A DNA stretch of 64,000 nt from an uncultured Actinomycetota bacterium (GCA_963813935.1 CAWFAR010000005.1:376944-440943), one strand, 5' to 3'; shown: positions 18,506 through 28,430, counted from the first letter of the stretch. Translations and numbers: made by a program. Notes: a model not told the origin generated them from the letters alone.

Positions 18506-19195
18506 ATGAGCGTTCCGGATTTTGCCGCGCGGCCTCAGCTTTCCGAGGACGTCGCGCACTTTGTCCGCACGAGGATCTTCGATGGCACCTATACCGCAGG
18601 GTCCTACGTTCGTCTGGACCAACTGGCCGCGGAATTGGGGATCAGTGTCACGCCGGTGCGTGAAGGGTTATTCGCCCTGCGTGCCGAAGGGCTGATCGTC
18701 CAGCAACCTCGCCGGGGATTCGTGGTCTTGCCGGTAACCGGGCGGGACGTCGCCGACGTCGCCAACGTGCAAGCTCACGTCGGTGGCGAGCTGGCCGCGC
18801 GAGCCGCGATCAACGTCACCGACGACCAATTGCGCGAACTCAAAGAGATCCAGGCGCAATTGGAAGATGCCTATGCCGGTGACGACCACGAGCGGACCGT
18901 TCGTCTCAATCACGAATTTCACCGGGCCATCAACGTTGCCGCGGATTCGCCAAAGCTTGCCCAGCTGATGTCGCAGATCACCCGCTACGCACCCGAATCG
19001 GTATTCCCCACCATCAAGGGGTGGCCGGAACAGTCGATGAAGGACCACCGCCGGATCTTGTCCGCGCTTAAAAAGCATGACGCCAAACTCGCACGGGCCG
19101 CCATGTCAGAACATCTTGCCGCCGGAGCCGTTCCGCTGATCGATCACCTCACCGCGCGCGGGGTTGTCGTGGAGGTGAACGGTTCGCGGGACTAG
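18506..19195 (+). CDS. GntR-family (FadR/FCD subfamily) transcriptional regulator
   Basis: Start at ATG 18506. The wHTH segment LDQLAAELGISVTPVREGLFALRAEGLI is followed by a helical FCD-like C-terminal domain. It is the last gene of the fabG-thiolase-CoA-transferase-ACAD operon. Confidence 0.8.
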   Translation: MSVPDFAARPQLSEDVAHFVRTRIFDGTYTAGSYVRLDQLAAELGISVTPVREGLFALRAEGLIVQQPRRGFVVLPVTGRDVADVANVQAHVGGELAARAAINVTDDQLRELKEIQAQLEDAYAGDDHERTVRLNHEFHRAINVAADSPKLAQLMSQITRYAPESVFPTIKGWPEQSMKDHRRILSALKKHDAKLARAAMSEHLAAGAVPLIDHLTARGVVVEVNGSRD

Positions 19196-19266
19196 CTGTT
19201 GTTGTGCAAGCGCGCCTGGGCATACCCTGCCGTTTGGGGGACCAGCAACGATATGGAGAGAAGAAA

Positions 19267-19629
19267 ATGTCCCCAACGCTTCGCGTAGCGGCCGTATTCG
19301 TTGCGTCCGTGGCAGCGATCGCGCTCGCGTCACCAGCCGTTGCCGACCCGATGGACCCAATCCCGGGGAACGGTGTCTTCCAGGTCGGACCTGACATTGC
19401 GCCGGGCCTTTACCGAACGGCCGGTTCGGCGTCGACGTTCGGGGTTTGGATAAACAATGTGCCAACCCAGGACTCGATGTGCGCGTGGTTTACCTACAGC
19501 ACTCCTGATGCGAACAAGGACCACGTACTCCAGACGAATATGTCTGTCGGTCCGATGTTCGCGAATATCAACTCAACGGTCAAGGCCTTCGAGTCGCAGA
19601 ATTGTCAACCCTGGACGCGCGTCCCATGA
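19267..19629 (+). CDS. Secreted hypothetical protein
   Basis: ATG 19267 is preceded by GGAGAGAAG. The signal-peptide-like N-terminus is MSPTLRVAAVFVASVAAIALASPAVA/DP. Its 3-prime end overlaps the convergent ligase gene by 25 nt. Confidence 0.55.
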   Translation: MSPTLRVAAVFVASVAAIALASPAVADPMDPIPGNGVFQVGPDIAPGLYRTAGSASTFGVWINNVPTQDSMCAWFTYSTPDANKDHVLQTNMSVGPMFANINSTVKAFESQNCQPWTRVP

Positions 19630-21200
19630 CGATTCGCTTGGATCAACATCTCGCGCAGACGATGGATGTCGACCTTGCCGGTGACTCCGCGGGGGACGTC
19701 ATCGTCGGACTCCGCTAACAGCCATACCGTTGGAACTTTGAACGCACTCAGCAGCTTGCGGGCGGAACCACTCAGTTGTCCGGCGGTGAGCGCACTCGTG
19801 CACACTACCGCCGCGCCGACCTGTTCGCCCGCCGCCCCGGACACATTGGTGACGTAAGCGTTCTGGACGCCGTCGATCGTCCGCAGCGCCCGCTCGACCT
19901 CGCTGGGATACACCGTCGCCCCGCTGACTTTGAACATGTCGTCGGATCTGCCGTGGTAAAACAGGAACCCATCTTCATCGAGGTGGCCGAGGTCGCCGGT
20001 GGGGTAGAAACCGTCGGCGGTGAACAGGTCTTCGCGGCTGCGACCACAAATGCCGCGGAGTGTGTGCGGTCCCCGGATCTGGATCATGCCAACGGTTCCC
20101 GCCGGAACCGGCTCGCCGCTGTCCGGGTCGACGATGCGGACCTGCATGCCGGGGAACGGCTTTCCGCAACTACCCCATGCCGTGGCCGGCATGTCGGTGT
20201 CGGCGGGGTAGCCGCAATATGGTCCGAACGCCTCCGTCATGCCGAACAGCGTGGCCCGTGCCCCGGGCGCAGCCCGCTGCTCGGGCGGCAGCAGGGCTTC
20301 CAGACTGCCCGGCCGCAACGCCGAAAGGTCTGCGCCGATCGTTTTCGCGTGCCGTGCCAGCGCTTCGGCCTGATCGGGCCAGCCGCGAAACAGCGTGACG
20401 CGCTCGGTTTCGAGTAGCCGCAGGGTGGTCTCAGGTCGTGGGATTTCTTCGGTCACCAGGGTGGCGCCGGCCAGTAGCGCGGACAGTATTCCGCTGCCGA
20501 AGCCGCCGACCCAGAAAAACGGCATCGGGAGATACAGGCGGGTTTCGGAGGTGATGCACCGCGCCGCCAGGCCCGACTGGACCGCGCCCAACGCGTTGCC
20601 GTGTGAGTGTATGACCCCCTTGGGCGCTCCGCTGCTACCCGAGGTGAACATGATGACTAGCGGGTCGGCGGCGGTGACTGTTTGGGTTAGGGCGTGAGCG
20701 ATCGCTCGGGCCCGCTCACCGGCGCCGGCGCCGGCGAGCCGGTCAGTCGTCCAAACCTGGCGTAGCGCAGGAAGTTCGGGACATTGCAGTGGCTCGTCAC
20801 CGAATTCCCGTAGCTTCAGTGCCGATTGGAGGTCGTCCAGGTAGCGGTGGCCGCGGAATTCCTCGACGCTCACCAGGAATTGCACCGACGCGGCCTTTAG
20901 CTGGGAGACCAGTTCGCCGGCTTTCAGCAGGGTACTGAGGGGCACCAGTACGGCGCCAATGCGGGTCAGGGCGATGGCGACCCGCACCCAGCGCACGGAG
21001 TTGGGCATGATCAGCCCGACCCGGGTGCCCTTGCCAACGCCGGCTTCGACGAAGCATGCCGCTAAATCGCTTGTGGTCATTTCCAGTTCGCGATAGCTCA
21101 TCCGGGACACCGGGTCGATCACCACCGGCTTGGGGCCGTCGTGTGCGGCCCGAGACCTGACCAATTCGTCGATGGTGCGCGCTGTTGGTGGCTCAGGCAT
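19605..21200 (-). CDS. AMP-dependent acyl-CoA synthetase/ligase (paralog 1)
   Basis: 531 aa with FTSGSSGAPKGV, PFFWVGGFG, YPTGDLG and a C-terminal GKVD motif. Confidence 0.85.
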   Translation of the reverse strand: MPEPPTARTIDELVRSRAAHDGPKPVVIDPVSRMSYRELEMTTSDLAACFVEAGVGKGTRVGLIMPNSVRWVRVAIALTRIGAVLVPLSTLLKAGELVSQLKAASVQFLVSVEEFRGHRYLDDLQSALKLREFGDEPLQCPELPALRQVWTTDRLAGAGAGERARAIAHALTQTVTAADPLVIMFTSGSSGAPKGVIHSHGNALGAVQSGLAARCITSETRLYLPMPFFWVGGFGSGILSALLAGATLVTEEIPRPETTLRLLETERVTLFRGWPDQAEALARHAKTIGADLSALRPGSLEALLPPEQRAAPGARATLFGMTEAFGPYCGYPADTDMPATAWGSCGKPFPGMQVRIVDPDSGEPVPAGTVGMIQIRGPHTLRGICGRSREDLFTADGFYPTGDLGHLDEDGFLFYHGRSDDMFKVSGATVYPSEVERALRTIDGVQNAYVTNVSGAAGEQVGAAVVCTSALTAGQLSGSARKLLSAFKVPTVWLLAESDDDVPRGVTGKVDIHRLREMLIQANRHGTRVQG

Positions 21201-22815
21201 CGAACAGCTTCCTCAGCTGCTGCGTGTCGACCTTGCCGCTGGACAGCAGCGGTATTTCGGCGCGGGGCAGGACGGCGAACCGCCTGGGGATTTTGTACGC
21301 CGAGAGTTCGTCCTTGAGCCGCTCACGCAACGCGCCTTCGTCGAAGGTGGCCGGATCCGGCACCACGACGACCGCGGCGACAACATGCCCGCGCTGCGCA
21401 TCTGGAATCCCGACAACGTAAGCCGCCATTCCGCCGGTGACCTCGGCGATGGCCTTCTCGACCTCTGTGGCGGACACGTTGGCGCCCGCCGTTTTGATCA
21501 TCGCGCTGAGCCGGCCGATGAAGTACATGAAGCCGTCGGCGTCGGCGCGCACCAAATCACCTGTGTGGAACCAGCCGTCGGCGTCGAAGCACTCTTCGCG
21601 ACTACGTTTGTAATACCGCTGCATCAGGTAGGGCCCGCGGATGCACAGTTCGCCGATCTGGCCGACGCCGACAATCCCTCCGGTGTCAGGGTCGATGATC
21701 TTGGTCTGGAATCCCGGAGCGGGCTTGCCGAACGATCCGCGCCGCTCTTCGGGTTGGTCGGATTCATCGTCGCTGATCAGTACGACGCTGCCGGCCTCGG
21801 TCATGCCCAGCATGTTGTGTCGCAGTTCTGGGTCGGCCGGGCGGGCACCGGGCGGCATGATCGGGTACAGGTTGCCGCGCCGCATTGAGCACAGATCACG
21901 TTCAGTAAAGCTCGGGTGGTTGGCCAGGTGAGCGATGGCCGCAGCGAAACCGTTTGTCATGGTTGGTTTTTCGGCTTCCAGCAAGTCGAGCGTCTCACCT
22001 GCATCGCTGGCGTTGGAGCACACCAGCGTCGCGCCGGCGATCAAAGTGGCAAGCAGGCCGAATCCGAACCCGCCGATCCAGAAGAACGGCGAATTGCAGA
22101 ACAGCTTGTCTGCTGCCGTCAAACCCCGGATCTTGTTGAGGTTTTGCTGATGTCCGAGCAGGGCGGCGTGTGTGTGCACCACGCCTTTGGGAGTGCTCGC
22201 AGAGCCCGACGTGTACACGATGGTCAGCCGATCGCTGCCATCGACATCGTCTTGCATCGCCGCCAACAGCGCGGGGTCGACGGTAGTGGCCAGCCGGTAA
22301 AACCGTTCGATATCCCGGATCCGCCGTCTCGTATCCGAGCCGTAGCTGATCCCGACGTGGCGCAGCTGCGGTACGGCCGTGGCGAACAACCGCTGGTCCG
22401 AATCGAAGTCTGCGTCTATCAGCTGAGCCAGCTGGTCAACATAATCATGGGAGCGAAACGAGCCGGCGCTCAGGAGAATTTGGACGTCGCTGTCGACCAG
22501 CTGCTCACGCAGCTCGCGAGCGGTGACGAAAGTGGAAAACGGGATCACCACGGCGCCGATTCGTGCGGCCGCGAGCATCCCGACGGCGAACTCGAGGCCG
22601 TTGGGGTAGAGCAGGCCTACATGCGTCCCCTTGCCGCCACCGTGGGCGATCAGTCCACGGGCAAGCTCTGCCGACCGGCGATCGGCTTCGGCGTAGCTGA
22701 TGTGTTCAGCGTCGCAGACAAGAAGCGGGTGGTCTCCGCGAGACTGCGCTTGGTGTCGCAGGATACCGGCGACCGTTAACTCACCGGGCATGGTCGCGCT
22801 GGGCAGCGGATTCAT
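21193..22815 (-). CDS. AMP-dependent acyl-CoA synthetase/ligase (paralog 2)
   Basis: 540 aa with YTSGSASTPKGV, PFFWIGGFG, FHTGDL and SGKVD motifs. It is clearly paralogous to 19605..21200. An alternative start is ATG 22791. Confidence 0.85.
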   Translation of the reverse strand: MNPLPSATMPGELTVAGILRHQAQSRGDHPLLVCDAEHISYAEADRRSAELARGLIAHGGGKGTHVGLLYPNGLEFAVGMLAAARIGAVVIPFSTFVTARELREQLVDSDVQILLSAGSFRSHDYVDQLAQLIDADFDSDQRLFATAVPQLRHVGISYGSDTRRRIRDIERFYRLATTVDPALLAAMQDDVDGSDRLTIVYTSGSASTPKGVVHTHAALLGHQQNLNKIRGLTAADKLFCNSPFFWIGGFGFGLLATLIAGATLVCSNASDAGETLDLLEAEKPTMTNGFAAAIAHLANHPSFTERDLCSMRRGNLYPIMPPGARPADPELRHNMLGMTEAGSVVLISDDESDQPEERRGSFGKPAPGFQTKIIDPDTGGIVGVGQIGELCIRGPYLMQRYYKRSREECFDADGWFHTGDLVRADADGFMYFIGRLSAMIKTAGANVSATEVEKAIAEVTGGMAAYVVGIPDAQRGHVVAAVVVVPDPATFDEGALRERLKDELSAYKIPRRFAVLPRAEIPLLSSGKVDTQQLRKLFDA

Positions 22816-24262
22816 TGAAGAAGCGCTGGACGGCGCTCAGATCGGCTTTACCTGACGGTGTTCGGGGGATCGTGTCGACGATCGCGATTTCGGTGGGAAT
22901 CTCGTAGCGAGCCAGTCGCGTTCGCAGATACTGCACCAGCGCATCGGCATCGGTGGATGTGGGCTCGCGCAGTTCCACCATGGCCACCGGCGTCTCCCCA
23001 AGTCGCTCGTCGGATCGCCCGACCACTGCAGCACCCGCCACCGCCGGGTGGCCCTCCAGCGCTATGCGCACGTCGTCGGGCATGACCTTGAACCCACCGC
23101 GGATAATCGCCTGATCGGCCCGCCCGACGATCCAGACAAAGCCGTCTGCGTCGATTCGCGCCATGTCCGTGGTGCGCATCCACGTCGCCGACGGCCCCAG
23201 CTGTCCCGGTTTTACCTCCAGCAGGCCCACCCGGTTCGCCCCGAGCGTCTCGCCTTCATCGTCGACCACCCGCAGCTGCGCGCCAGGGTTGGCCCGGCCG
23301 ACGCTGCCGCGTTTGGCGCGCCAATGCTTCTGGTAGTCGTTGAGGGTCCAGCCGGCGACACCTCCGCCGAATTCGGTTGCGGCATATGAGGTCAAAACGG
23401 GAATGCCGTACTTATCGGTGAAGGCGTCGGCATCGTCGGGCGAGAGCGGAGCCGTGCCGCAGGTGACTGCGCGGATGCTATCCAGGTCGGCTCGCGGCAG
23501 GTCGGAGTGCAACACCGTCCGCAACGCAGCCGGTACCAGCGATACCGCACGGGGCCGGTGCTTGCGCACCGCGTCGGCCCATGCGTTCAGCTCGAATCGT
23601 TCCAGCAGCACAAACGATCTAGCTTCGGCAATGCATTGCAAAACCCGGAATACACCGCCGATGTGCACCAGTGGCGAGTTGACAATCGCGACTCCGCGTC
23701 GCAGCTGGGTAGGTGCCGGCGCGTGGTCAGGATCGGGACCCATCACACTGTGCGCCAGCATGTCGTAGCTGAGGTCAATTCGTTCGGGAGGACCAGTGGT
23801 TCCGCTGGTCAACATCCGTACCGCCACGCCGGGCCGGGGCGCGGGTCCGTCTGTGTGTCGCGGAGACCCGCCGGCATCGTCTAACAGACCCGAGATCGCA
23901 ACTGTCGGGGTCTCCGGGTTTACCAGCGTCGCCAGGTCGTCGGGTTCGCCGACGACCAGTGGCAGTCGTAGTGCGGCGATATCGGCCCTGGTGCGCTCAT
24001 CGCCGCGAGACGGGTTGATGGTGACCACAGTCCCGCCACCCAGCAGCACACCGAGGAATGCCGCGACCTGGCCAGGTCGGTTGCGTAGCAACATCCCGAT
24101 CTGAGGCTCGGCGCTGTGTTCGGCCGTCAATGACGCGATGCGCCGTGCCGCCTCGCCAACCTCGCCCCACGAGAGCCATCGACCGTCGTACTCGATGGCC
24201 CGCGCGTCCGGTTGCAGGCCCAGCACATCGGCGATGCGTTGACTCAGCGGGTGATCGGCCAT
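22781..24262 (-). CDS. Divergent adenylate-forming enzyme (AMP-binding family) with an atypical P-loop
   Basis: 493 aa. It has LTSGTTGPPERI in place of the canonical SGTTGxPKG, while SYAATEFGG, TTDMARIDADGF and PSGKADL are retained. Confidence 0.75.
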   Translation of the reverse strand: MADHPLSQRIADVLGLQPDARAIEYDGRWLSWGEVGEAARRIASLTAEHSAEPQIGMLLRNRPGQVAAFLGVLLGGGTVVTINPSRGDERTRADIAALRLPLVVGEPDDLATLVNPETPTVAISGLLDDAGGSPRHTDGPAPRPGVAVRMLTSGTTGPPERIDLSYDMLAHSVMGPDPDHAPAPTQLRRGVAIVNSPLVHIGGVFRVLQCIAEARSFVLLERFELNAWADAVRKHRPRAVSLVPAALRTVLHSDLPRADLDSIRAVTCGTAPLSPDDADAFTDKYGIPVLTSYAATEFGGGVAGWTLNDYQKHWRAKRGSVGRANPGAQLRVVDDEGETLGANRVGLLEVKPGQLGPSATWMRTTDMARIDADGFVWIVGRADQAIIRGGFKVMPDDVRIALEGHPAVAGAAVVGRSDERLGETPVAMVELREPTSTDADALVQYLRTRLARYEIPTEIAIVDTIPRTPSGKADLSAVQRFFNESAAQRDHAR

Positions 24263-25077
24263 CAGCGGATCTTCGGTTCGCTCCTGTCAACCCCGCCGTC
24301 GGCATTTTTCTGGGCGGCCAGTTCAGCGGTGCCGAGCGGGTTGCCCAGCCGGGTATAGATGAGCCCTTGCTCCAAGGCGGCGCGGTAAGGCTTGTCCAGC
24401 GACTCCCAGATCGCTTTCACGGTGCCTTGGGTCGCCGACGGTGGCTTGGCGGCGATCGCCGTCGCGATCTCATGGGCGCGGTTCCACAGCTGGTCCGGGG
24501 ACACCACCTCCGACACCAAGCCGATGCGCAGCGCGGTGTCAGCGCTCACCCGTTCGTCGTTGCCCATTAGCGCAATGCGCAACGTCTCGCCTAGACCAAT
24601 ACGCCGCATCAGGCCGATCGGCTCCAATGCGCAGACCAGGCCGGCCGACACGTGTGAATCGAAAAACGTTGCGTCTGTTGAGCAGATGACTACATCGGAT
24701 TCGTTGATGAAATAGAACGCGCCCGCGGTGCACATCCCCTGAACGGCGCACACCACCGGTTTCCACATCTTCTGCCACTTGGGGCTCAGTGCTTCACCGG
24801 GATCTTCGTGGTTCCAGATGTTTGCGGGTTGGCCGTATGACGTCTTGACGTCCAGACCGGCGCTGAACGACCGGCTGCCAGCTGCCCGCAGCACAACCGC
24901 ATGCACCGACTCGTTGAGTTTGACCATGCGCCAGGCTTTGGCCATCTCCTCACACATTGCTCGGTTGAACGCGTTGAGCTGCTCCGGCCGATTCAGGGTG
25001 ATGGTGGCGACGTGGTCGGAGGCGTCGACGTCGAGCAGGATGGTTTCGAAGGGCGCCGCGCTCATCGGCACTGCCAA
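24262..25077 (-). CDS. Enoyl-CoA hydratase/isomerase (crotonase) family protein
   Basis: 271 aa with ITLNRPEQLNAF and a crotonase-fold layout. Confidence 0.8.
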   Translation of the reverse strand: MAVPMSAAPFETILLDVDASDHVATITLNRPEQLNAFNRAMCEEMAKAWRMVKLNESVHAVVLRAAGSRSFSAGLDVKTSYGQPANIWNHEDPGEALSPKWQKMWKPVVCAVQGMCTAGAFYFINESDVVICSTDATFFDSHVSAGLVCALEPIGLMRRIGLGETLRIALMGNDERVSADTALRIGLVSEVVSPDQLWNRAHEIATAIAAKPPSATQGTVKAIWESLDKPYRAALEQGLIYTRLGNPLGTAELAAQKNADGGVDRSEPKIR

Positions 25078-25874
25078 TCCGGTGGCCGCTTTTCAACGAA
25101 TGCCTTGGGGCCTTCCAGCGCGTCCTCTGTGCGCAGGACGCGCTCGCGGAATGTTTCGGCGAGCATCTCAGCCTCGTGCAGCGGCAGGTCCAGGCCCTTG
25201 AGGATGGCCAGCCGCGTCCCGCGAACCGCCAGCGGCGCATTGGAGTTGACTATGCCGGCTATCTCATGGGCCCGCTCGAGAAGCCGCTCGTGCTCAACGA
25301 TTTCGCTGATCAATCCCAGGTCGAATGCGCGCTCTGCGCTCATCCGCTCGTGCTTGCCCATCAACGCCATCCGCAGGGCCACCGATCGCGGCAGCACCCG
25401 GGCCAGCCGCACCAGCTCACGTCCGGCCACCAGTCCGATGCTGACGTGGGGATCGAAGAATGTTGCACGGTCGGATGCGATGACGATGTCCGAAGTGGTG
25501 ACCCAGTCGAGGCCGGCGCCACAGCACAAGCCGTTGACCGCGGTCAGCACCGGCTTGGCCATTCGGCGAAACGGAGGCGTGCCTTCCTGAGGCGCCTCCC
25601 ACTGTTCGTACGTCGAAAGATACGGCCGTTCGTAGATCACGTTGCCGTCGCCGGGAATGGCTTTGACGTCGGCCCCGGTGCAAAATGCGCGACCGGTGCC
25701 GGTCACCAGGAGCAGCCACACCTTGTCGTCGTTCTCGGCCTCGTCGTAGGCGGCCCGGAGTTCAGTGATCATGTGTGGGCTGAGCGCGTTGAGGGCGTCC
25801 GGACGGTTCAGCGTGATGGTGGCCGTGTGCCCGTCGACGTCGTAGTTGATGGTGTCGAACGAGTCAGTAGGCAT
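25062..25874 (-). CDS. Enoyl-CoA hydratase/isomerase (crotonase) family protein
   Basis: 270 aa with ITLNRPDALNAL, GTGRAFCTGADV and C-terminal EGPKAFVEKRPP. Confidence 0.85.
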   Translation of the reverse strand: MPTDSFDTINYDVDGHTATITLNRPDALNALSPHMITELRAAYDEAENDDKVWLLLVTGTGRAFCTGADVKAIPGDGNVIYERPYLSTYEQWEAPQEGTPPFRRMAKPVLTAVNGLCCGAGLDWVTTSDIVIASDRATFFDPHVSIGLVAGRELVRLARVLPRSVALRMALMGKHERMSAERAFDLGLISEIVEHERLLERAHEIAGIVNSNAPLAVRGTRLAILKGLDLPLHEAEMLAETFRERVLRTEDALEGPKAFVEKRPPDWQCR

Positions 25875-26745
25875 CCCTGCTCCTCATCGGCCATGGAACT
25901 TCGGGGTCGCGTCGTTGCTGGAAGGCATCCAGGCCTTCTTTGAAATCGCTTGTTCGACAAGATAGTTCCAGATTGAACAGCTCCTGTGTCAGGGACTGGC
26001 TCAGTGTTGCATGCTGACCGAAACCCAGCGCCTGCTTGGCCAGCCCGATTGCTACCGTTGGTCCGCAGGCCAGCCGTTGCAGCAGCTCCTCGGCGGTGCT
26101 GTCGAGATCGGACAGGCTTACTGCTTGGTGAATCAATCCCCAGTCGGCGGCATCCGTCGCGCTGACTTTCTCGCCGAGCAGCAGCATTCGCCTGGCCCGG
26201 GCCAGGCCGACCAACCGGGGCAACAGCCAGGTCGAACCCGAATCCGGGCTGAAGCCACGGTCCACGAACGGCTCCCAGAACACCGCGTCAGTCGCGGCCA
26301 CTGTGAAATCAGCGGCCAGCGCCAGGTTGCAGCCAAACCCCGCAGCCCATCCCTGCGCGCTGCAGACCACCGGCAGCTGAATGCTTCCGACGAGCTCGAT
26401 CACGCGATGGGCGGCATGGGGAATCCGCCGCACGAGATCACCAGCCCGGGGACGTTGCCCGCGGTGGTCGTTCGTGGCCACCCAATCGGCACCGGCGCAG
26501 AAGTCGTCTCCGGCGCCCCGGATGTGAATCGCCCGCAACGAGTCGTCAGCGGCGGCATCGGTCAGCACGTCGACCAAAGTCCCGATCATCAATTGGGTCA
26601 ACGAATTACGCCGAGATGGGCGGTCGAGCGTGACTCGCAAAACCGCGCCGTCTCGGCACGCAGTCACCGAACCCTCAGCACCGGCCGTCTCGGCCTCGTG
26701 ACTCACCGTCGAATCCGGCCTTTCTCCGCCGATACGGTTACCCAT
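25864..26745 (-). CDS. Enoyl-CoA hydratase/isomerase (crotonase) family protein
   Basis: VTLDRPSRRNSL, GAGDDFCAGAD and EGLDAFQQRRDP are present. The start is uncertain (ATG 26745 or GTG 26706). Confidence 0.8.
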   Translation of the reverse strand: MGNRIGGERPDSTVSHEAETAGAEGSVTACRDGAVLRVTLDRPSRRNSLTQLMIGTLVDVLTDAAADDSLRAIHIRGAGDDFCAGADWVATNDHRGQRPRAGDLVRRIPHAAHRVIELVGSIQLPVVCSAQGWAAGFGCNLALAADFTVAATDAVFWEPFVDRGFSPDSGSTWLLPRLVGLARARRMLLLGEKVSATDAADWGLIHQAVSLSDLDSTAEELLQRLACGPTVAIGLAKQALGFGQHATLSQSLTQELFNLELSCRTSDFKEGLDAFQQRRDPEVPWPMRSRDAY

Positions 26746-26775
26746 ACAGTAGGCAATACGATTGATACGCTGTAT
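26744..26775 (+). promoter_or_regulatory. Recurrent promoter/operator motif, site a
   Basis: ATACAGTAGGCAAT at 26744-26757, plus the inverted repeat ATACAG (26744-26749) - N20 - CTGTAT (26770-26775). It lies in the divergent crotonase/thioesterase intergenic region. Confidence 0.45.
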
Positions 26776-26826
26776 AAGTTAGCAAGGAAACGCTGCCGAC
26801 GGAACAGCCGGGTGAAAGAGGGAAGC

Positions 26827-27534
26827 ATGGCCTTCGAGGAGGGGCAAGCCACACCCGCTTCGACGAGCACTCACGCTGCCACATCGGATGCCAAATTCGG
26901 CGAGGCGCCACTCGCTCAGACCGTGGCCGCCGCCGGCGCCATGCGGCGTCTCAGCTCACTGCTGCTCAGCCTCGAGCACGATCATCCCGCGGTCGACGCC
27001 ATGCTGGCGAAGTTCGCCGAATGGGAGAGTGAGCTGGCCGCTGCCGCTCCGACGGACAACGCGCCGCGCATCGGTGTGATAGACGACGATCCCAGACGGG
27101 TTTATCTCAATCACGCCACCGACATCGGTGCCTACAATCCGTGCTTTCCGGAGTACCGGTTCGACTATCTCGATGCCGAGAAGGCCGGCGGCCGGGTTTA
27201 CTTTCCCCTGGTCTATGAAGGGCCGCCCGGACTGGTGCATGGCGGTTTTCTGGGCGTCCTTTTCGACTGCGTCATACAGCATCAGAATTGCGCCACGGGC
27301 CTTTCCGGCAAGACGCGATCACTGCTCGTGACATTCCGCCGCCCGACGCCGATACTGACCGAGCTGCGGTTTGACATTGTTCGCTCGCAGGTCGAACGGG
27401 GGATCACGTCGACGGCTCGGCTACTGCTTGACGACGAAGTGCTCTGCACCGGCGAGGTCACCACGTTGGCCTCGCCGCCGGAGAAGCTGGCCGGATTCAA
27501 ATTCGGCAGGCGGCGAAAGGAGTCCGATCGATGA
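26827..27534 (+). CDS. PaaI-type hotdog-fold thioesterase
   Basis: Start at ATG 26827. GLVHGGFLGVLFD...GKTRSLLVTFRRP is typical of PaaI/4HBT thioesterases. The long upstream part of track ORF 26011.. is an antisense shadow. Confidence 0.7.
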   Translation: MAFEEGQATPASTSTHAATSDAKFGEAPLAQTVAAAGAMRRLSSLLLSLEHDHPAVDAMLAKFAEWESELAAAAPTDNAPRIGVIDDDPRRVYLNHATDIGAYNPCFPEYRFDYLDAEKAGGRVYFPLVYEGPPGLVHGGFLGVLFDCVIQHQNCATGLSGKTRSLLVTFRRPTPILTELRFDIVRSQVERGITSTARLLLDDEVLCTGEVTTLASPPEKLAGFKFGRRRKESDR

Positions 27535-28430
27535 GTGCCTCGAGTGCCCCGGACGATCGTGTACTTTTCGAGGTCGATCCGGAACGGCGAATCGCGACGA
27601 TCACGCTGAACAATCCCAAGCAACGCAACTCCTATGACGCCGCCATGCGCGACGCCGTCGCCCGTTGCCTGGATCGCGTGGCCGACGACGACGACCTCAC
27701 TGTGGTGCTGCTGCGCGGAGCCGGCGGAGTCTTCAGTACCGGCGCCGACATGAATAACGCATACGGCTGGTATGGCAAGCAGGACCCAGCCGGTCAAGAT
27801 GATCCGGCGGCCAAGCGCCGCCCCAGTCAGCGCAGACGACTCACCGTAGACCGCAAGTCATTTGGCTTCTACCACAACTTCATGGGCTTCCCCAAGGTGA
27901 CGGTGGGGGAGATCGCTGGCTACGCCCTGGGCGGCGGCTTCGAGATGGCGTTGATGACCGACATCTCCGTCATTGCGCGCGATACCAAGATCGGCATGCC
28001 GGCAACGCGCTTCCTCGGGCCCGCGCTTGGCAGCCTGCACATGTTCTTCCATCGGTTAGGACCGGTTCTGGCCCGGCGTCTGCTGCTGACCGGCGACGTC
28101 ATCGAAGCGGGCGAGATCGAGCAGCTCGGAATCTTCACTGAGACATGCGATCCCGGCTCCGTTACGGCCCGCGCCCGGTACTGGGCCGAGAAGGCAGCCA
28201 AGATGCCTGCCGACGGAGTCGTCATCGCCAAGGAAGCGTTCCGCCTCGTCGAGCAGACCCAGGCGTACCACGGTGAGGAAGTCGCGAGCTATCTGTTCCA
28301 CGCCTTCGGGACCAACCTGCAATTCGGGCCGGGTGAGTTCAACTTCGTCAAAACCCGCGCACAGCACGGCACCAAGGAAGCATTTCGGCTGCGTGACGAA
28401 CATTTCCAGGTGCCGGAACCCGAAGCGTGA
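27531..28430 (+). CDS. Enoyl-CoA hydratase/isomerase (crotonase) family protein
   Basis: 299 aa with ITLNNPKQRNSY and GAGGVFSTGADM. Its start overlaps the thioesterase stop (ATGA). Confidence 0.8.
   Translation: MSASSAPDDRVLFEVDPERRIATITLNNPKQRNSYDAAMRDAVARCLDRVADDDDLTVVLLRGAGGVFSTGADMNNAYGWYGKQDPAGQDDPAAKRRPSQRRRLTVDRKSFGFYHNFMGFPKVTVGEIAGYALGGGFEMALMTDISVIARDTKIGMPATRFLGPALGSLHMFFHRLGPVLARRLLLTGDVIEAGEIEQLGIFTETCDPGSVTARARYWAEKAAKMPADGVVIAKEAFRLVEQTQAYHGEEVASYLFHAFGTNLQFGPGEFNFVKTRAQHGTKEAFRLRDEHFQVPEPEA

Noticed and set aside
19605-19629. 25-nt overlap of the convergent 3-prime ends of the secreted-protein and ligase genes
   Set aside because: Short convergent overlaps are common in compact actinobacterial genomes. 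There is no repeat or hairpin in the overlap that would suggest special regulation.
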